Shown: positions 1 through 10,798, numbered from the stretch's first letter. The stretch is DNA of 64,000 bases from Bdellovibrionales bacterium (GCA_965203095.1 OZ241877.1:736001-800000), one strand, 5' to 3'. Translations and numbers: made by a program. Notes: a model not told the origin generated them from the letters alone.

Positions 1-2
1 AT

Positions 3-512
3 TATCTGATTCAGAGCCAAGCCCACAGTTCCGCCCGCTGGGAGGCTTTTTTAAACCCATGGGATGATCCTTTAGGTAAAGGTTTTCAAATCACACAAAG
101 CCTTTTAGGAGTATATGCCGGCGGGATTTTTGGCACTGGATTGGGGCAGGGGCAAATCAAATTGTTTTTCCTCCCTTCAGCTCATACTGATTTCACTCTA
201 TCTGTTTTTGCAGAGGAAACTGGTTTTTTTGGTCTTCTCATTTTATTTTCTGTGTATGCTTTTCTCATTTACTCCGGATGGAAAATATCCTTAAAAATTC
301 ATGATTTTTATGAAAAGGTTTTGTCTTTTTCTCTCATTTTTATTTTTGCTCTCAGTGTTTTTGTCCATTGTGCAGTGAATCTGGCTCTACTCCCCACTAA
401 GGGGCTGGCTCTCCCCTTTTTAAGCTATGGAGGAAGCTCCCTCATCTGCTCTTTTTTGCTTTTTGGCTGGCTGATTTCTATAGAAAGAGACAACCGAATG
501 GCTGTTTTTTAA
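3..512 (+). CDS. ftsW: SEDS peptidoglycan polymerase FtsW, C-terminal part (5' end outside window)
   Basis: Frame is open from base 3: FLNPWDDPLGKGFQITQS...GGIFGTGLGQGQIKLFFLPSAHTDF...LPTKGLALPFLSYGGSS, typical FtsW/RodA motifs. Confidence 0.85.
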   Translation, partial: YLIQSQAHSSARWEAFLNPWDDPLGKGFQITQSLLGVYAGGIFGTGLGQGQIKLFFLPSAHTDFTLSVFAEETGFFGLLILFSVYAFLIYSGWKISLKIHDFYEKVLSFSLIFIFALSVFVHCAVNLALLPTKGLALPFLSYGGSSLICSFLLFGWLISIERDNRMAVF

Positions 513-657
513 ACTTTTTTGGCTAAAAAGCCCATTTTTGAGATTTTTGCCAAAAAATAGCAAAAAAATTATAAATAGAGTTGACGAACTGGTAAAGGGC
601 GTTTATTTTGGGCGGAAGTATTTTTAAAAACAAGTTAAAAAAACAAGGAGGAAAACT

Positions 658-1329
658 ATGTTTATAAGAATTATGTTGGCTTTAAGCCTTCTCTTTTTAT
701 TTTCTTGCAACAAGTCTGATGAAGGAACAGGGCAAGAAGAAGGGGGGGAGACCTCTTCTTCAGCAGGTATTGAGGTGGGAGAGGCCACACAAGCCAGTCC
801 GCCACAATTTGTCGCCGTCTGTGATAGAACATCGGCAGTTAAAGAGGCTATCTTAGATGAATTGTCTGGCTGGTTTTCTTCAGTGGAATGTTCAGAAGTG
901 ACAAAGGAGAAATTAACGGAAGTCACATCTTTAGACCTATCTGGAAAAGAGCTGACACAGTTTAAACCCGGTGATTTTTCTGGTCTGACTGCTGTGACTG
1001 AAGTCAGTCTCAGTAATAATAAATTCACAAGTTTTCCAAAAGAGATTAACCAGTTTTCTGCCACTTTGACGGAGCTTTCTGCCAGCAATAACCAGCTGTC
1101 TGGCACAGGGGGTTGGCCTGTGGGATTTCCTCATTTAAAAATAATCAATCTTTCCAATAACCAACTGAGTTCTCCTCCAGCTGACTGGTTAAAAAACATG
1201 CCAGCTGTTGAAGAACTGAACCTCCGGTTCAATCACTTGTCTCCAGCCGATGTAGAAAGTTTAGAACAATCAGCTAAAGCACAAGATTTAGATCTGGGTG
1301 GTGGTTTAAATAGCCAAGCCCAAGAATAA
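658..1329 (+). CDS. Leucine-rich-repeat lipoprotein
   Basis: Lipobox LFSC, SD AGGAGG, several LxxLxLSxNxL repeats. Confidence 0.8.
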   Translation: MFIRIMLALSLLFLFSCNKSDEGTGQEEGGETSSSAGIEVGEATQASPPQFVAVCDRTSAVKEAILDELSGWFSSVECSEVTKEKLTEVTSLDLSGKELTQFKPGDFSGLTAVTEVSLSNNKFTSFPKEINQFSATLTELSASNNQLSGTGGWPVGFPHLKIINLSNNQLSSPPADWLKNMPAVEELNLRFNHLSPADVESLEQSAKAQDLDLGGGLNSQAQE

Positions 1330-1345
1330 GGCTTTACAAAAAACT

Positions 1346-1376
1346 CCTCCTGCTAAAAAAAGCAGGAGGGTTTTTT
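1346..1376 (+). terminator. Intrinsic terminator after the LRR gene
   Basis: Stem CCTCCTGCT / AGCAGGAGG with an A6 loop, followed by GTTTTTT. Confidence 0.75.
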
Positions 1377-1520
1377 CCCTTTAGGCCAGTCAGGGCCAAT
1401 ATTCTTGCCATTCCAGCTCATTATGCTTATACTGGGTTTTGTTTTGATGAGGGCCGGTTTTTTTGCCCTCATGGGGTCATAAACTTTTTGTCTAAGGAAC
1501 TTCAAACTAAATAGTCGCTC

Positions 1521-2093
1521 ATGAAAAACCTTTGTTTTTTTATAGGCTTTATTTTCCCTATTTTGAGCGGGGCCAAAATACATATTGAGCCTTATGCGGG
1601 TTGGAGCGGGACAACCATAAACCCCAGCCCCTTGCAAAAGGAAAATGTGAGCGGGGCCGAGTCCAGCTTAAACTATCTTAACGAAGGGGAATATTACACA
1701 GGCCCCGCTTTAGGAATGAGAGTGGGCTATTCCGCATTGGGCCTTGCTGTGGGCTTAGATATTACCAGTGGCTATTGGAGTGCCTTATATACGAAAAAGA
1801 AAGTTTCTGCTCAAAAGAAAAACATAATACCCACCCTGGTAGGGCTTTTTGCCTCTTATAAACTGCCTATTATGCTCAGGGCTTATTTTAGCCTTATCCC
1901 CCATAGTCCATTGCAAATCCAAACAGAAGAAGATTTTAGATCCTGCATATCCAGGGGATTCAAGTTAGGGGCCAGCTGGACATCTCTTCCCTTTGTCAAT
2001 GTGAGTTTAGAATATATGCCCCTCTTTATCAAAGGCAATAGCTGTCATTCTTGGTCTCATACCGGGACTGTTTATGTAAATGCTGTTTTTTAA
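1521..2093 (+). CDS. Probable outer-membrane beta-barrel protein
   Basis: Signal peptide, IEPYAGW start, amphipathic Gly/aromatic strands, C-terminal Phe. Confidence 0.55.
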   Translation: MKNLCFFIGFIFPILSGAKIHIEPYAGWSGTTINPSPLQKENVSGAESSLNYLNEGEYYTGPALGMRVGYSALGLAVGLDITSGYWSALYTKKKVSAQKKNIIPTLVGLFASYKLPIMLRAYFSLIPHSPLQIQTEEDFRSCISRGFKLGASWTSLPFVNVSLEYMPLFIKGNSCHSWSHTGTVYVNAVF

Positions 2094-4796
2094 ATGAATC
2101 TCTCAAAAAAAGCCAAAAGCATTAAAGCTTATCTAACAAAAACTTTAAATCAAATAACTGAAGGAGAAAAACATCTCCCTAAGTTTACTCGCATAAGTGG
2201 GTGGATTATCCCTGCCCTTCTTCCTTTTTGTTATTCTTTAATAGGCTCTCTTCCGCTGGAATTGGAGTTTTTTTCTGTTTTATATAATAAGGAGGGTGAT
2301 GCGGATTCCATCATGGCTATTTTGCCTCTTTGGCTGACGACTTTTTCTGTTTTATTTTTACTGCTTTTTCAAGCTCATTCTATCAAATGGGCTTTTGCAT
2401 TTTTTGCTTTGTTTTTTTGCACGAACTCTCTGCCTCTACTAAGTCAAGTAATACCAACAGCATTATCGAATGCCGATCTCTGGGCTTTATCACATGGAGT
2501 CACTTTTTTTACAGTATTGCCAGCCCTCAACAGTGCCCTTTTAACTCTTGTTTGTTTTACTTTATTTTTTATTCTTAGATGGATTTTATCTTTTTTGTTT
2601 TTTTATATTGCAAAAAAACGAAACTTTATTCCTAAAATATCCCAAACGGAGAAAGAGGCTCTTCTTACAGGTTCACCTTGGATAGAAAAAGGCTTTTTTG
2701 CTGGGCATCCTCATTTTGAAAAACTGATTCAGTTAAAATTCCCTCGTCTCACAAAAGAGGAAGAAGATTTTTTAACCACAGAAACCGAGAGCCTCTGCCA
2801 GCTCTCTAAAGAATGGGATCTGATCCAAACAAAGCAACTGCCTCAAGAGGCGGAAAATTTTTTAAAACAGAAAAAATTTTTCGGGCTTATTATCCCTAAA
2901 ACCTATAAGGGGCTTAATTTTTCAGCCTTTGCCCATGCTAAAGTGATTGAAAAATTAGCTTCGCACAATGTTCCTCTTTCCATTATTACAGCGGTTCCTA
3001 ATTCTTTAGGGCCGGCAGAACTTTTGCTGAAATACGGAACTGAAGAGCAAAAAAAACAATATCTCCCCTCCCTTTCAGAAGGAGTGGAATGGCCCTGTTT
3101 TGGCCTTACAGAAGTTCAGGCCGGAAGTGACGCCAGCTCTATTCAATCAGAAGGTATTTTGTTTAAAGAAAAAGGGATTTTAAAAATAAGGCTCAACTTC
3201 AGTAAGCGATGGATCACTTTATCTCATAAAGCCACTTTGATAGGGCTTGCCGTTCGGTTAAAAGATCCCGAACACTTATATTCTAAAAAAACAGATGGGG
3301 GCATATCTTGCCTGTTGGTGCCGGCCCATTCCCCCGGCGTGAAGAGGGGTCGCCTTCACGACCCTATGGCCTGCCCTATTTACAACGGCCCTATAGAAGG
3401 GGAAAATGTTATTGTGCTGGCCGAATCAGCTGTAATCGGCGGGATGAAAAATGCGGGGCGGGGCTGGCAAATGCTTACAGAAACTTTATCTGCTGGACGA
3501 GGGATCACACTTCCCTCTTTGGCTGTGGGCTGTGGGAAAAGAATGGCTTATTTGACCGGAACTCATGCTTTCGTGCGGAGGCAATTTGGTCTCCCTATCG
3601 GGAAGTTTGAAGGGGTGGAAGAGGCATTAGCCGATATTGCCGGCTGGCTTTATCTTATGGAATCGACTCAAAGCCTGACTCTCAAAGGCTTAAGCTTGGG
3701 TAGGGCTTCTTCTGTTCTGTCCTCACTCACAAAATATCAACTTACAGAAATGGCACAAAAAATTGCAAAAAAAGGAATGGATATTATGGGTGGGGCAGGG
3801 CTGAGTTTAGGCCCCAGGAACAAAATCGCTTCCATCTGGAATTTTTTGCCACTATCTATCACTGTAGAGGGAGCTAATATTTTGACAAGGAGCTTGATGA
3901 TTTACGGGCAAGGGCTGACAAAAGCTCATTTTTATATCTATCCCCTCATTCAAAGTCTGGAGCAAAATTCGTTTAAGCTTTTTCATCAAAATTTTTGGAA
4001 ATGGATCTATCAATGGCTGTGCAACGGATTGAGAGCTTTGGTTTTTAGCCTGACAAGAGCTTGTCTCATCATTCATCCTCTATTTTTATTTAAAAAAGAG
4101 GGACGAGCCATTCAAAAATTAGCTTGGGCTTCTTCCATTTTTAGTTTTTTAAGCGATTTGAGCCTGATTTTTTTTGGCGGTCGCTTAAAAATCAAAGAAA
4201 AACTGAGTGGCCGATTGGCCGATCTTTTGTCTTTTCAGTATATGGCTTTTGCCTTGATATGGCGTTATAAACAAACGGAACAATCTCAAAACTCTTGGCT
4301 AAAAACCCAATGGGGTTTGGACTTTTGCTTTTCAAAAATTCAAGAATCTTTAAATGTTTTATTGAAAAATTACCCTCATCGCCTCTCTCATTTTTTGTTA
4401 AAACCTCTTCTTTTGATTTTAAGGATAAACCCTATAGGCCAGCCCCCTTCGGACAAAACAGGAAAATTGTTGGCCACTCAACTTTTAACAGATGAGGAGT
4501 TTAGAGCAACACTCTGCTCCAACATGCACTTTCCGACAGATCCTGAAGATCAATTTCAAAAATTAACCAAAGCCTATAAGTGGAGCTTAAAAGAGCTCCC
4601 CATTTTACAAAAAATGAAAAAGCAAGGGAATATTTCAGAAAAAACAGCTCTCAATAAAAAACTCATCTCTTTAGAGGAGTATGAAGTTCTGCAATCGGCA
4701 AAAAAAGCCCGGTGGGAGGCCATTCAAGCCGACAGTTGGACAAAAAAGGAATATTTTAGCCAGCAGTATTTTTCACAAAATCCGCAAACAGTTTGA
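2094..4796 (+). CDS. fadE: Acyl-CoA dehydrogenase (FadE-like) with extended N-terminal membrane region
   Basis: ISQTEKEAL, VPNSLGPAELLLKYGT, CFGLTEVQAGSDA, RRQFGLPIGKFEGV, ITVEGANILTRSL. Confidence 0.88.
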   Translation: MNLSKKAKSIKAYLTKTLNQITEGEKHLPKFTRISGWIIPALLPFCYSLIGSLPLELEFFSVLYNKEGDADSIMAILPLWLTTFSVLFLLLFQAHSIKWAFAFFALFFCTNSLPLLSQVIPTALSNADLWALSHGVTFFTVLPALNSALLTLVCFTLFFILRWILSFLFFYIAKKRNFIPKISQTEKEALLTGSPWIEKGFFAGHPHFEKLIQLKFPRLTKEEEDFLTTETESLCQLSKEWDLIQTKQLPQEAENFLKQKKFFGLIIPKTYKGLNFSAFAHAKVIEKLASHNVPLSIITAVPNSLGPAELLLKYGTEEQKKQYLPSLSEGVEWPCFGLTEVQAGSDASSIQSEGILFKEKGILKIRLNFSKRWITLSHKATLIGLAVRLKDPEHLYSKKTDGGISCLLVPAHSPGVKRGRLHDPMACPIYNGPIEGENVIVLAESAVIGGMKNAGRGWQMLTETLSAGRGITLPSLAVGCGKRMAYLTGTHAFVRRQFGLPIGKFEGVEEALADIAGWLYLMESTQSLTLKGLSLGRASSVLSSLTKYQLTEMAQKIAKKGMDIMGGAGLSLGPRNKIASIWNFLPLSITVEGANILTRSLMIYGQGLTKAHFYIYPLIQSLEQNSFKLFHQNFWKWIYQWLCNGLRALVFSLTRACLIIHPLFLFKKEGRAIQKLAWASSIFSFLSDLSLIFFGGRLKIKEKLSGRLADLLSFQYMAFALIWRYKQTEQSQNSWLKTQWGLDFCFSKIQESLNVLLKNYPHRLSHFLLKPLLLILRINPIGQPPSDKTGKLLATQLLTDEEFRATLCSNMHFPTDPEDQFQKLTKAYKWSLKELPILQKMKKQGNISEKTALNKKLISLEEYEVLQSAKKARWEAIQADSWTKKEYFSQQYFSQNPQTV

Positions 4797-4872
4797 TTTT
4801 TTGACCTTCATCCGATAAAAGCCAACTGGCAAACCTATTTTTTAAAATAGGAAGAGGGGGAAAGCTTATAAT

Positions 4873-5847
4873 ATGTTTGAAGGATCAGAAAAAAAAATAG
4901 AAGTTATATTTTCCTCTAAAAGCTCTTCCCTTTTGGAAAAGCCTGTGAGCTTTTGGGAAAAGATTGTCCGGCTCAGCGGAGCGAGAATCATCTCTCACTC
5001 CCAGTTCCCTAAAATGCACTCTTTTATTTTGTCTGAATCCAGCCTGTTTGTTAGCCAAAATCGCCTTGTCCTCATTACTTGCGGGCAAAGTGCTCTTTTT
5101 AAATCCCTCATAAAAATTTTAAAAAGTTTTCCTGAAGATTCTATTGAGGTTTGCTTTTTCCAAAGGAAAAACGAGTTTTTCCCAAAAATCCAAAAAAGCT
5201 GTTTTTATAAAGACTTAAAAAAAATACAAAAACAAATCGATGGGCAGGCTTACCGCTTTGGAGCTTTGCATGATCATCATTTTTTTCTCTTTCATAGTGG
5301 GGCAAGTTTTACCCCCCACAAACAAGACCAAACTTTAGAAACTTTGATTTACGACTCAGAGATATTTAAAGAGGATCCACTAAAAGCCATTCAACATTTA
5401 AAGCAGGAGTTAGCTCAAGCTTTTTTAGGTTTTGAAGTTCAGGAGCAATTTTTTTCTCCCTGGGGCTATTCTTTAAACGCTGTTCGAGGGGAGAATTATT
5501 ACACAACACATATCACTCCTGAAAAACCCTTTTTTTACATTAGTTTTGAAACCAACATTAGAGAAAAGTCTGTTCAAGCTCTTACAGATAAAGTTTTAAA
5601 TATTTTTAAACCTCTTCATTTTGATTTTATTTTATTTGAGCCTCAAAGTCGCCCTCAAGAGACTTTTGAGTCTTCGGATTACTTTTCGTCTTCTTCTTTT
5701 TACAAAGTTTTAAGCTGTGGCTACAATGTCACTTACCAAAATTTTCACAAAATAAAACCGGCCAGAAAAGCACCAGTGGGAATTAAAAAGGATGAAACCG
5801 CTAAAAAATTTAAATGGCCCTTAGTAAAACCGGCTCAAAGCTTGTAG
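4873..5847 (+). CDS. speD: S-adenosylmethionine decarboxylase proenzyme, eukaryote-like class
   Basis: FEGSEKKIEV, autoprocessing site LSE|SSLF, ITCG, GYSLN, THITPE..ISFETN; adjacent to speE. Confidence 0.85.
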   Translation: MFEGSEKKIEVIFSSKSSSLLEKPVSFWEKIVRLSGARIISHSQFPKMHSFILSESSLFVSQNRLVLITCGQSALFKSLIKILKSFPEDSIEVCFFQRKNEFFPKIQKSCFYKDLKKIQKQIDGQAYRFGALHDHHFFLFHSGASFTPHKQDQTLETLIYDSEIFKEDPLKAIQHLKQELAQAFLGFEVQEQFFSPWGYSLNAVRGENYYTTHITPEKPFFYISFETNIREKSVQALTDKVLNIFKPLHFDFILFEPQSRPQETFESSDYFSSSSFYKVLSCGYNVTYQNFHKIKPARKAPVGIKKDETAKKFKWPLVKPAQSL

Positions 5848-5857
5848 AGGTTATGAT

Positions 5858-6718
5858 ATGAAAAACAAAAAACATTGGTTTGTTGAAGATCACAAAGGCA
5901 TTTTAAGAATGGGCTTTAAATACAAAAAAAAGCTTTTTGACAAAAACAGCCCTTTTCAAAATGTCCAAGTGATTGAGACAGAAGGTTTTGGCCCTATGCT
6001 CATTAACGACAATATTGTTATGACTTGTGAAAGAGACGAATTTATTTACCATGAGATGATATCTCATGTTCCGCTATTCAGCCATCCTCATCCTAAAGAT
6101 GTGCTCATCATTGGCGGAGGAGATGGGGGAACGGCCAGAGAGGTTTTAAAACACAGCCAGATCCAAAAATGTATTATGGTGGAGATTGACTCAATGGTTG
6201 TTTCTGCCTGTAAAAAACACCTCAAAGCAACAGCTTGTTCTTTTAGCCATCCCCGGCTGGAATTAAAAATTGAAGACGGTGCTCGTTTTGTGGCCCGGAA
6301 CCCCTCCTCTTTTGACATTATCATAGTGGACTCTTCCGATCCTGTAGGGCCTTCCTCTGTTCTTTTTGGATCTCAATTTTATAAAAATGCCTCATCAGCC
6401 TTAAAAAAAGGAGGGATTATTGTGGCTCAAGCGGGAAACCCTTTTTATGAGATAAAAAATCAAAAAAAACTTCTCAAAATCTGTAAAAAGCTTTTTCGCC
6501 GGGCGGGTTTTTATAACTACAGCAATTTGAGTTATCCATCGGGTCATTGGTCTTTTCTGTTGGCTTCTAAAGGTCCTCATCCCATAAAAGATTTTAAAGT
6601 GGGCCGGGTTAAAAAATTGGGTAGGGCTTTTCGCTATTATAATGAGGAGATTCACAGGGCCAGCTTTGCTCGAACTCAATTTGTTAAAGAGGCTTTAGGA
6701 TCACTTTGGACACTGTAA
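5858..6718 (+). CDS. speE: Polyamine aminopropyltransferase (spermidine synthase)
   Basis: DEFIYHEM, VLIIGGGDGG, MVEID, IIVDSSDPVGP. Confidence 0.95.
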   Translation: MKNKKHWFVEDHKGILRMGFKYKKKLFDKNSPFQNVQVIETEGFGPMLINDNIVMTCERDEFIYHEMISHVPLFSHPHPKDVLIIGGGDGGTAREVLKHSQIQKCIMVEIDSMVVSACKKHLKATACSFSHPRLELKIEDGARFVARNPSSFDIIIVDSSDPVGPSSVLFGSQFYKNASSALKKGGIIVAQAGNPFYEIKNQKKLLKICKKLFRRAGFYNYSNLSYPSGHWSFLLASKGPHPIKDFKVGRVKKLGRAFRYYNEEIHRASFARTQFVKEALGSLWTL

Positions 6719-6741
6719 AAAGCTTTTTCACAGGTAGTTAA

Positions 6742-7341
6742 TTAAGCAGATACACTTTCATCAGCATACAGTATAAAATTCAGAGACGGTGTGAAATCTT
6801 TCCACTTTCTTTCAAACTTCACAGTTTTTAAAAAATTGACAACACAGTTAGCTAAAAGCCGGTTGTTTAGCTGATTTTCCTCCACTTGTATATTTTTTGG
6901 CCGGCCATTTTGATCAATACGCCAGTTGAGCCGGATGGCTTCTCCAGCCATTAAAACAGAATACTTAGAGCAGGCATCAAGGATCTCTATATTGTTTTGT
7001 ATAACAGTAGCAAGATGTTTATCAAATTGTTCTAAAACGGAAGGGGTTGGGGTGGGAGCTGGGTTAGGAGCTGATGGCAAGGGAAGAGAGGCAATATAGT
7101 CGGGGTTAAAAGAGTTGTCAGCAGATCCGGAGCTTTTTGGGGTGGGAGTGGGACCTTTGCCCCTTTTAACCGGATCAGTAGTTTGAGTAGTCGCCGGTGG
7201 GCTGGCCTTTGGGGTAGGCGAAGGGGGAATCACACTTTTAGGAAGTTTAACACTTTGGAGGGAAGTTCTGGCTGAACTTTCTGGAGAATCAGAGCAAGAC
7301 AAAAGCAGGAAAAAAGAAAGTAATAATAGACATATTCTCAT
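6742..7341 (-). CDS. Lipoprotein with Pro/Thr linker and TonB-C/AgmX-PglI-like C-terminal domain
   Basis: Likely ATG at 7341; lipobox LLSC; PT-rich linker; WRIDQNGRPKNIQV...LANCV pattern. Confidence 0.55.
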   Translation of the reverse strand: MRICLLLLSFFLLLSCSDSPESSARTSLQSVKLPKSVIPPSPTPKASPPATTQTTDPVKRGKGPTPTPKSSGSADNSFNPDYIASLPLPSAPNPAPTPTPSVLEQFDKHLATVIQNNIEILDACSKYSVLMAGEAIRLNWRIDQNGRPKNIQVEENQLNNRLLANCVVNFLKTVKFERKWKDFTPSLNFILYADESVSA

Positions 7342-7496
7342 TTTAAAACCTCTTCTTTTAATAAATACATCTTGAGCTTGAAGATTCAAATCGGTTTTAG
7401 TATACTGGTCTTAAGTTGAAAATCAAATTTTTTTATGATTTCAAGATCTCATCTATTTTTTAAAAAAACGAGCAGGTTAAAAAAATCACTGTTAAA

Positions 7497-8840
7497 ATGA
7501 CAAACTCAAAAGCCTTTTCTAACAATTCCTCTATAGATTCCTTAATAGATCAGATAGTTTGCAGTATTCAAAAACAATCAGCTCATTGGGATCGACCTCT
7601 CCCTCCAGATCCAAAAAAAACTCAGCACTTCACAGAGCTTTTAGAATCCATCGCCAAACTAAGGGGTCGCCCACTATTTTATCCTTATTTAAGCCAAGGT
7701 TTTGGAAATGGCCCTTGGATCCGTTTAGCGGACGGCAGTGTCAAGCTGGATTTTATAAGCGGGATCGGCCCTCATATTTTAGGCCATTCCCATCCGGAGA
7801 TGATCAAGGCGAGTTTAAAGGGGGCTTTAGAGCCGGGAGTTATGCAAGGCCATCTACAAATGGGGGAAATTTATAAAAAACTTTTGGAAAAGTTGGTTGA
7901 AATTGCCGGAAAAAAATCTCGGCTTTCTCAAGCTTGGATCTGCCCTTCTGGCTCTATGGCCAATGAAAATGCCTTAAAAGCCATTCGGCAAAAAAAGCCC
8001 TTTGCACGAAAAATTCTTGCCTTTGAGCGGGCCTTTGCTGGTCGCACAACCATGATGTGCGAAATTACAGATAACCCTTCTGTTAAGGAGGGTTTGCCCT
8101 CTTACAATGAAGTTTTAAGAGTCCCTTTTTGCCCCGATCAGCCGGACAGGGCTTTACAAGTTTTAAAAAAACATTGGGATAAGGAGAAAGACAATATTGC
8201 TTTTTTCATGTTGGAGTTGCTTCAAGGGGATGGGGGTTGCTTTCAAGCAGAGAGAGAGTTTTTTGTCCCTCTTTTAGATTTTTGTAAAAATCAAAAAATA
8301 GCTATATGCTTTGATGAGATTCAAACCTTTGGACGAAGTGGGGAGTTTTTTGCTTTTGAACGGCTTAACTTAGGGGAATATGTGGATGTTTGCACGGTGG
8401 GAAAAGCCCTTCAGCTGTCTGCTACCTTTTGGACAGAGGATTATAATCCAAAGCCGGGGTTGGTTTCAGGAACTTTTGCTTCCTCCAGCTCCAGCTTTCA
8501 CTCCGCTTTGAAGCTTTTACAAATTCTTGAACCTTATATGGGGCCTGAGGGGAGGATCCAACAAATCGAAGAGGGCTGGCAGTCTCGTTTAAAAAGTTTG
8601 AAAAGTCTTTCACAAGTGGAGGGTTGGGGACTTATGTGGGGGGCTACTCCTTTAGATGGCAAGCCCCAGCAAGTTTCTCACCTTTTACAAATACTGTTTC
8701 AAAAAGGGCTGATTTGTTTTTCTTGTGGGCAGGGAGATCTCAAACGGCTGAGATTTTTATTGCCGGCAATAGTGGAGGACAAACATTTGGATCAGGCTTT
8801 ACTGATTTTAAAAAAATCCCTTGCCGAACTATCCGCTTGA
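7497..8840 (+). CDS. Class III PLP-dependent aminotransferase
   Basis: LGHSHP, SGSMANENALK, FAGRT, FDEIQTFGRSG, TVGKA. Confidence 0.88.
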   Translation: MTNSKAFSNNSSIDSLIDQIVCSIQKQSAHWDRPLPPDPKKTQHFTELLESIAKLRGRPLFYPYLSQGFGNGPWIRLADGSVKLDFISGIGPHILGHSHPEMIKASLKGALEPGVMQGHLQMGEIYKKLLEKLVEIAGKKSRLSQAWICPSGSMANENALKAIRQKKPFARKILAFERAFAGRTTMMCEITDNPSVKEGLPSYNEVLRVPFCPDQPDRALQVLKKHWDKEKDNIAFFMLELLQGDGGCFQAEREFFVPLLDFCKNQKIAICFDEIQTFGRSGEFFAFERLNLGEYVDVCTVGKALQLSATFWTEDYNPKPGLVSGTFASSSSSFHSALKLLQILEPYMGPEGRIQQIEEGWQSRLKSLKSLSQVEGWGLMWGATPLDGKPQQVSHLLQILFQKGLICFSCGQGDLKRLRFLLPAIVEDKHLDQALLILKKSLAELSA

Positions 8841-8885
8841 TGTGAATTTCAAAATAAAATTCCACAAACAGGCTTAAAGGATCTA

Positions 8886-9860
8886 TTGATGATTGGTTCT
8901 TGCTTGATGACAAATCTCAAAGGCCCTGTTCTTTTAAAAGAGGAAAAGGTTTTTATTATTTCTCAAGGCATTGCTGGCCTCATTTTATTTAAAAGGAATA
9001 TTCAATCTTTTAAGCAAACTCAAAAACTTTGCTCTGAGTTAAAATCCTTAACCAGACCTCCTCCTTTAATAGCTATAGATATGGAAGGGGGAGAAGTGGA
9101 TCGGTTCTCTCATTTAAAGGAATCTTTTAGATGGCCCTCCCCTCACACTTTAAGCTCCTTTTCTTATAAAAAAATTTTTCATAGTGCTCAAGCTATGGCC
9201 CGGCAGTTGTGTCTCTTAGGTATAGACATTAATTTTGCACCAGTGGTGGATTGGCTTTTAGTAGAAAACCCTCTTCTAAAAAAGAGAGTTTTGGGCCGAT
9301 CTCAACAGGAAATTTTAAAAACCGCAGAGCCTTTTATTGAAGGGCTTATAAAAGGAGGAGTTATCCCCTGTTTAAAGCATTTCCCAGGGCACGGAGGGGT
9401 TTTTGGGGACTCACACAAAGTTTTGCCTAAGGACAAACGATCACTTAAAGAGATAGAGCCTCAGTTAGACATATTTCAAAATCTTTTTAACAAATACTCT
9501 TGTTGGATTATGACCGCTCATATTGAATTTTCAAATATAGACAAAAAACCCGCCAGCTTTTCAAAAATTTTCTTAAAAAATATTTTAAGAGATCGGCAAG
9601 GCTTTAAGGGGCTTGTGGTTTCTGACGATATAGATATGTCGGCTTTAAAAGATTTCTCTATTGGCGAGCGGTTTTTTTTAGCTCTTAAAGGGGGTTGTAA
9701 TTTAGTTCTCACTTGCCAAAGGGAGGACAGCCCAAAGGAGATTATAAAATACTTCCAGCAAAATCCTCATAAAAAAGCAGAGATCAAAAAACAATTAGAA
9801 ATCTCATCAAAAAAAATCTTAAAAACTCGATCCAAAAAGTCATTTATCTGCCGGAGCTGA
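8886..9860 (+). CDS. nagZ: Beta-N-acetylhexosaminidase, GH3
   Basis: LILFKRN, IDMEGG, NFAPV, KHFPGHG..DSH, MTAH, SDDIDM. Confidence 0.9.
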   Translation: MMIGSCLMTNLKGPVLLKEEKVFIISQGIAGLILFKRNIQSFKQTQKLCSELKSLTRPPPLIAIDMEGGEVDRFSHLKESFRWPSPHTLSSFSYKKIFHSAQAMARQLCLLGIDINFAPVVDWLLVENPLLKKRVLGRSQQEILKTAEPFIEGLIKGGVIPCLKHFPGHGGVFGDSHKVLPKDKRSLKEIEPQLDIFQNLFNKYSCWIMTAHIEFSNIDKKPASFSKIFLKNILRDRQGFKGLVVSDDIDMSALKDFSIGERFFLALKGGCNLVLTCQREDSPKEIIKYFQQNPHKKAEIKKQLEISSKKILKTRSKKSFICRS

Positions 9861-10000
9861 CCCAACTTTTTCAAACAGGATCTTTTCAAACAGGACCATA
9901 GGTCAAGGGCTCCTTTGGCAAAAGGATAGTTTATAAAAATAAGCCTTTGTGCTTTGCAAAAAACCTTATATTTTTATAATATACCTTATAATAAGTAGAT

Positions 10001-10798
10001 ATGAAAAGCTACAGCTTGATAAAAGGAGATGCCACGAAAAGGCTTTTAATTCAAAAATCAAGTATAGACCTAATTATCACCTCTCCTCCCTATAATGTTG
10101 GAAAAAAATACAACGGGAAAGAAAAAGGGGACTGTTTATCTTATTCAGAATATAAAGACTTTACTAAATCTTGGATAAAAAATTGTTATTATTGGTCAAA
10201 ACCTACAGCCAGGCTTTGTGTAAATGTTTCAATAGATAAAAACAAGTTTGGGAAACAGCCACTTTGTGCTGATATTACAACAATAGCCATGCAATTAGGC
10301 TGGAAATACCACGCAACCATTTTATGGAATGAAGGAAATATCTCAAAAAGAACGGCTTGGGGCTCTTGGATGTCTGCCTCTGCCCCTCATGTAATAGCTC
10401 CTGTGGAAGTCATTATTGTTTTATATAAAAAGGAGTGGAAAAAAAATTATAAAGGAAAATCAGATATTACCGCTAATGAATTTAAAGAGTGGGTTTTAGG
10501 TATATGGAGTTTTAATGGGGAAAAAGGAAAAAAAATAGGGCACGAAGCCCCTTTTCCGAGAGAACTCCCTAAAAGATGTATTAAGCTGTTTTCTTATGTA
10601 GGAGATAAAGTTCTCGATCCCTTTGCCGGTAGTGGGACAACCTTAATAGAGGCTATTAACAATAAAAGGCAAGCTTTTGGTATAGAGCTTGAGGGAAAAT
10701 ACTTTAATTTATCTAAAAAAAGGATAACCAAAGAGTGCCAAACAGCATCTCAAAAATCATTTCAGATGGAAAAACCGCAACAATATGCAATGCTTTAA
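10001..10798 (+). CDS. N4C/N6A DNA methyltransferase (beta class)
   Basis: TSPPY precedes HEAPFP and VLDPFAGSGTT. Confidence 0.9.
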   Translation: MKSYSLIKGDATKRLLIQKSSIDLIITSPPYNVGKKYNGKEKGDCLSYSEYKDFTKSWIKNCYYWSKPTARLCVNVSIDKNKFGKQPLCADITTIAMQLGWKYHATILWNEGNISKRTAWGSWMSASAPHVIAPVEVIIVLYKKEWKKNYKGKSDITANEFKEWVLGIWSFNGEKGKKIGHEAPFPRELPKRCIKLFSYVGDKVLDPFAGSGTTLIEAINNKRQAFGIELEGKYFNLSKKRITKECQTASQKSFQMEKPQQYAML

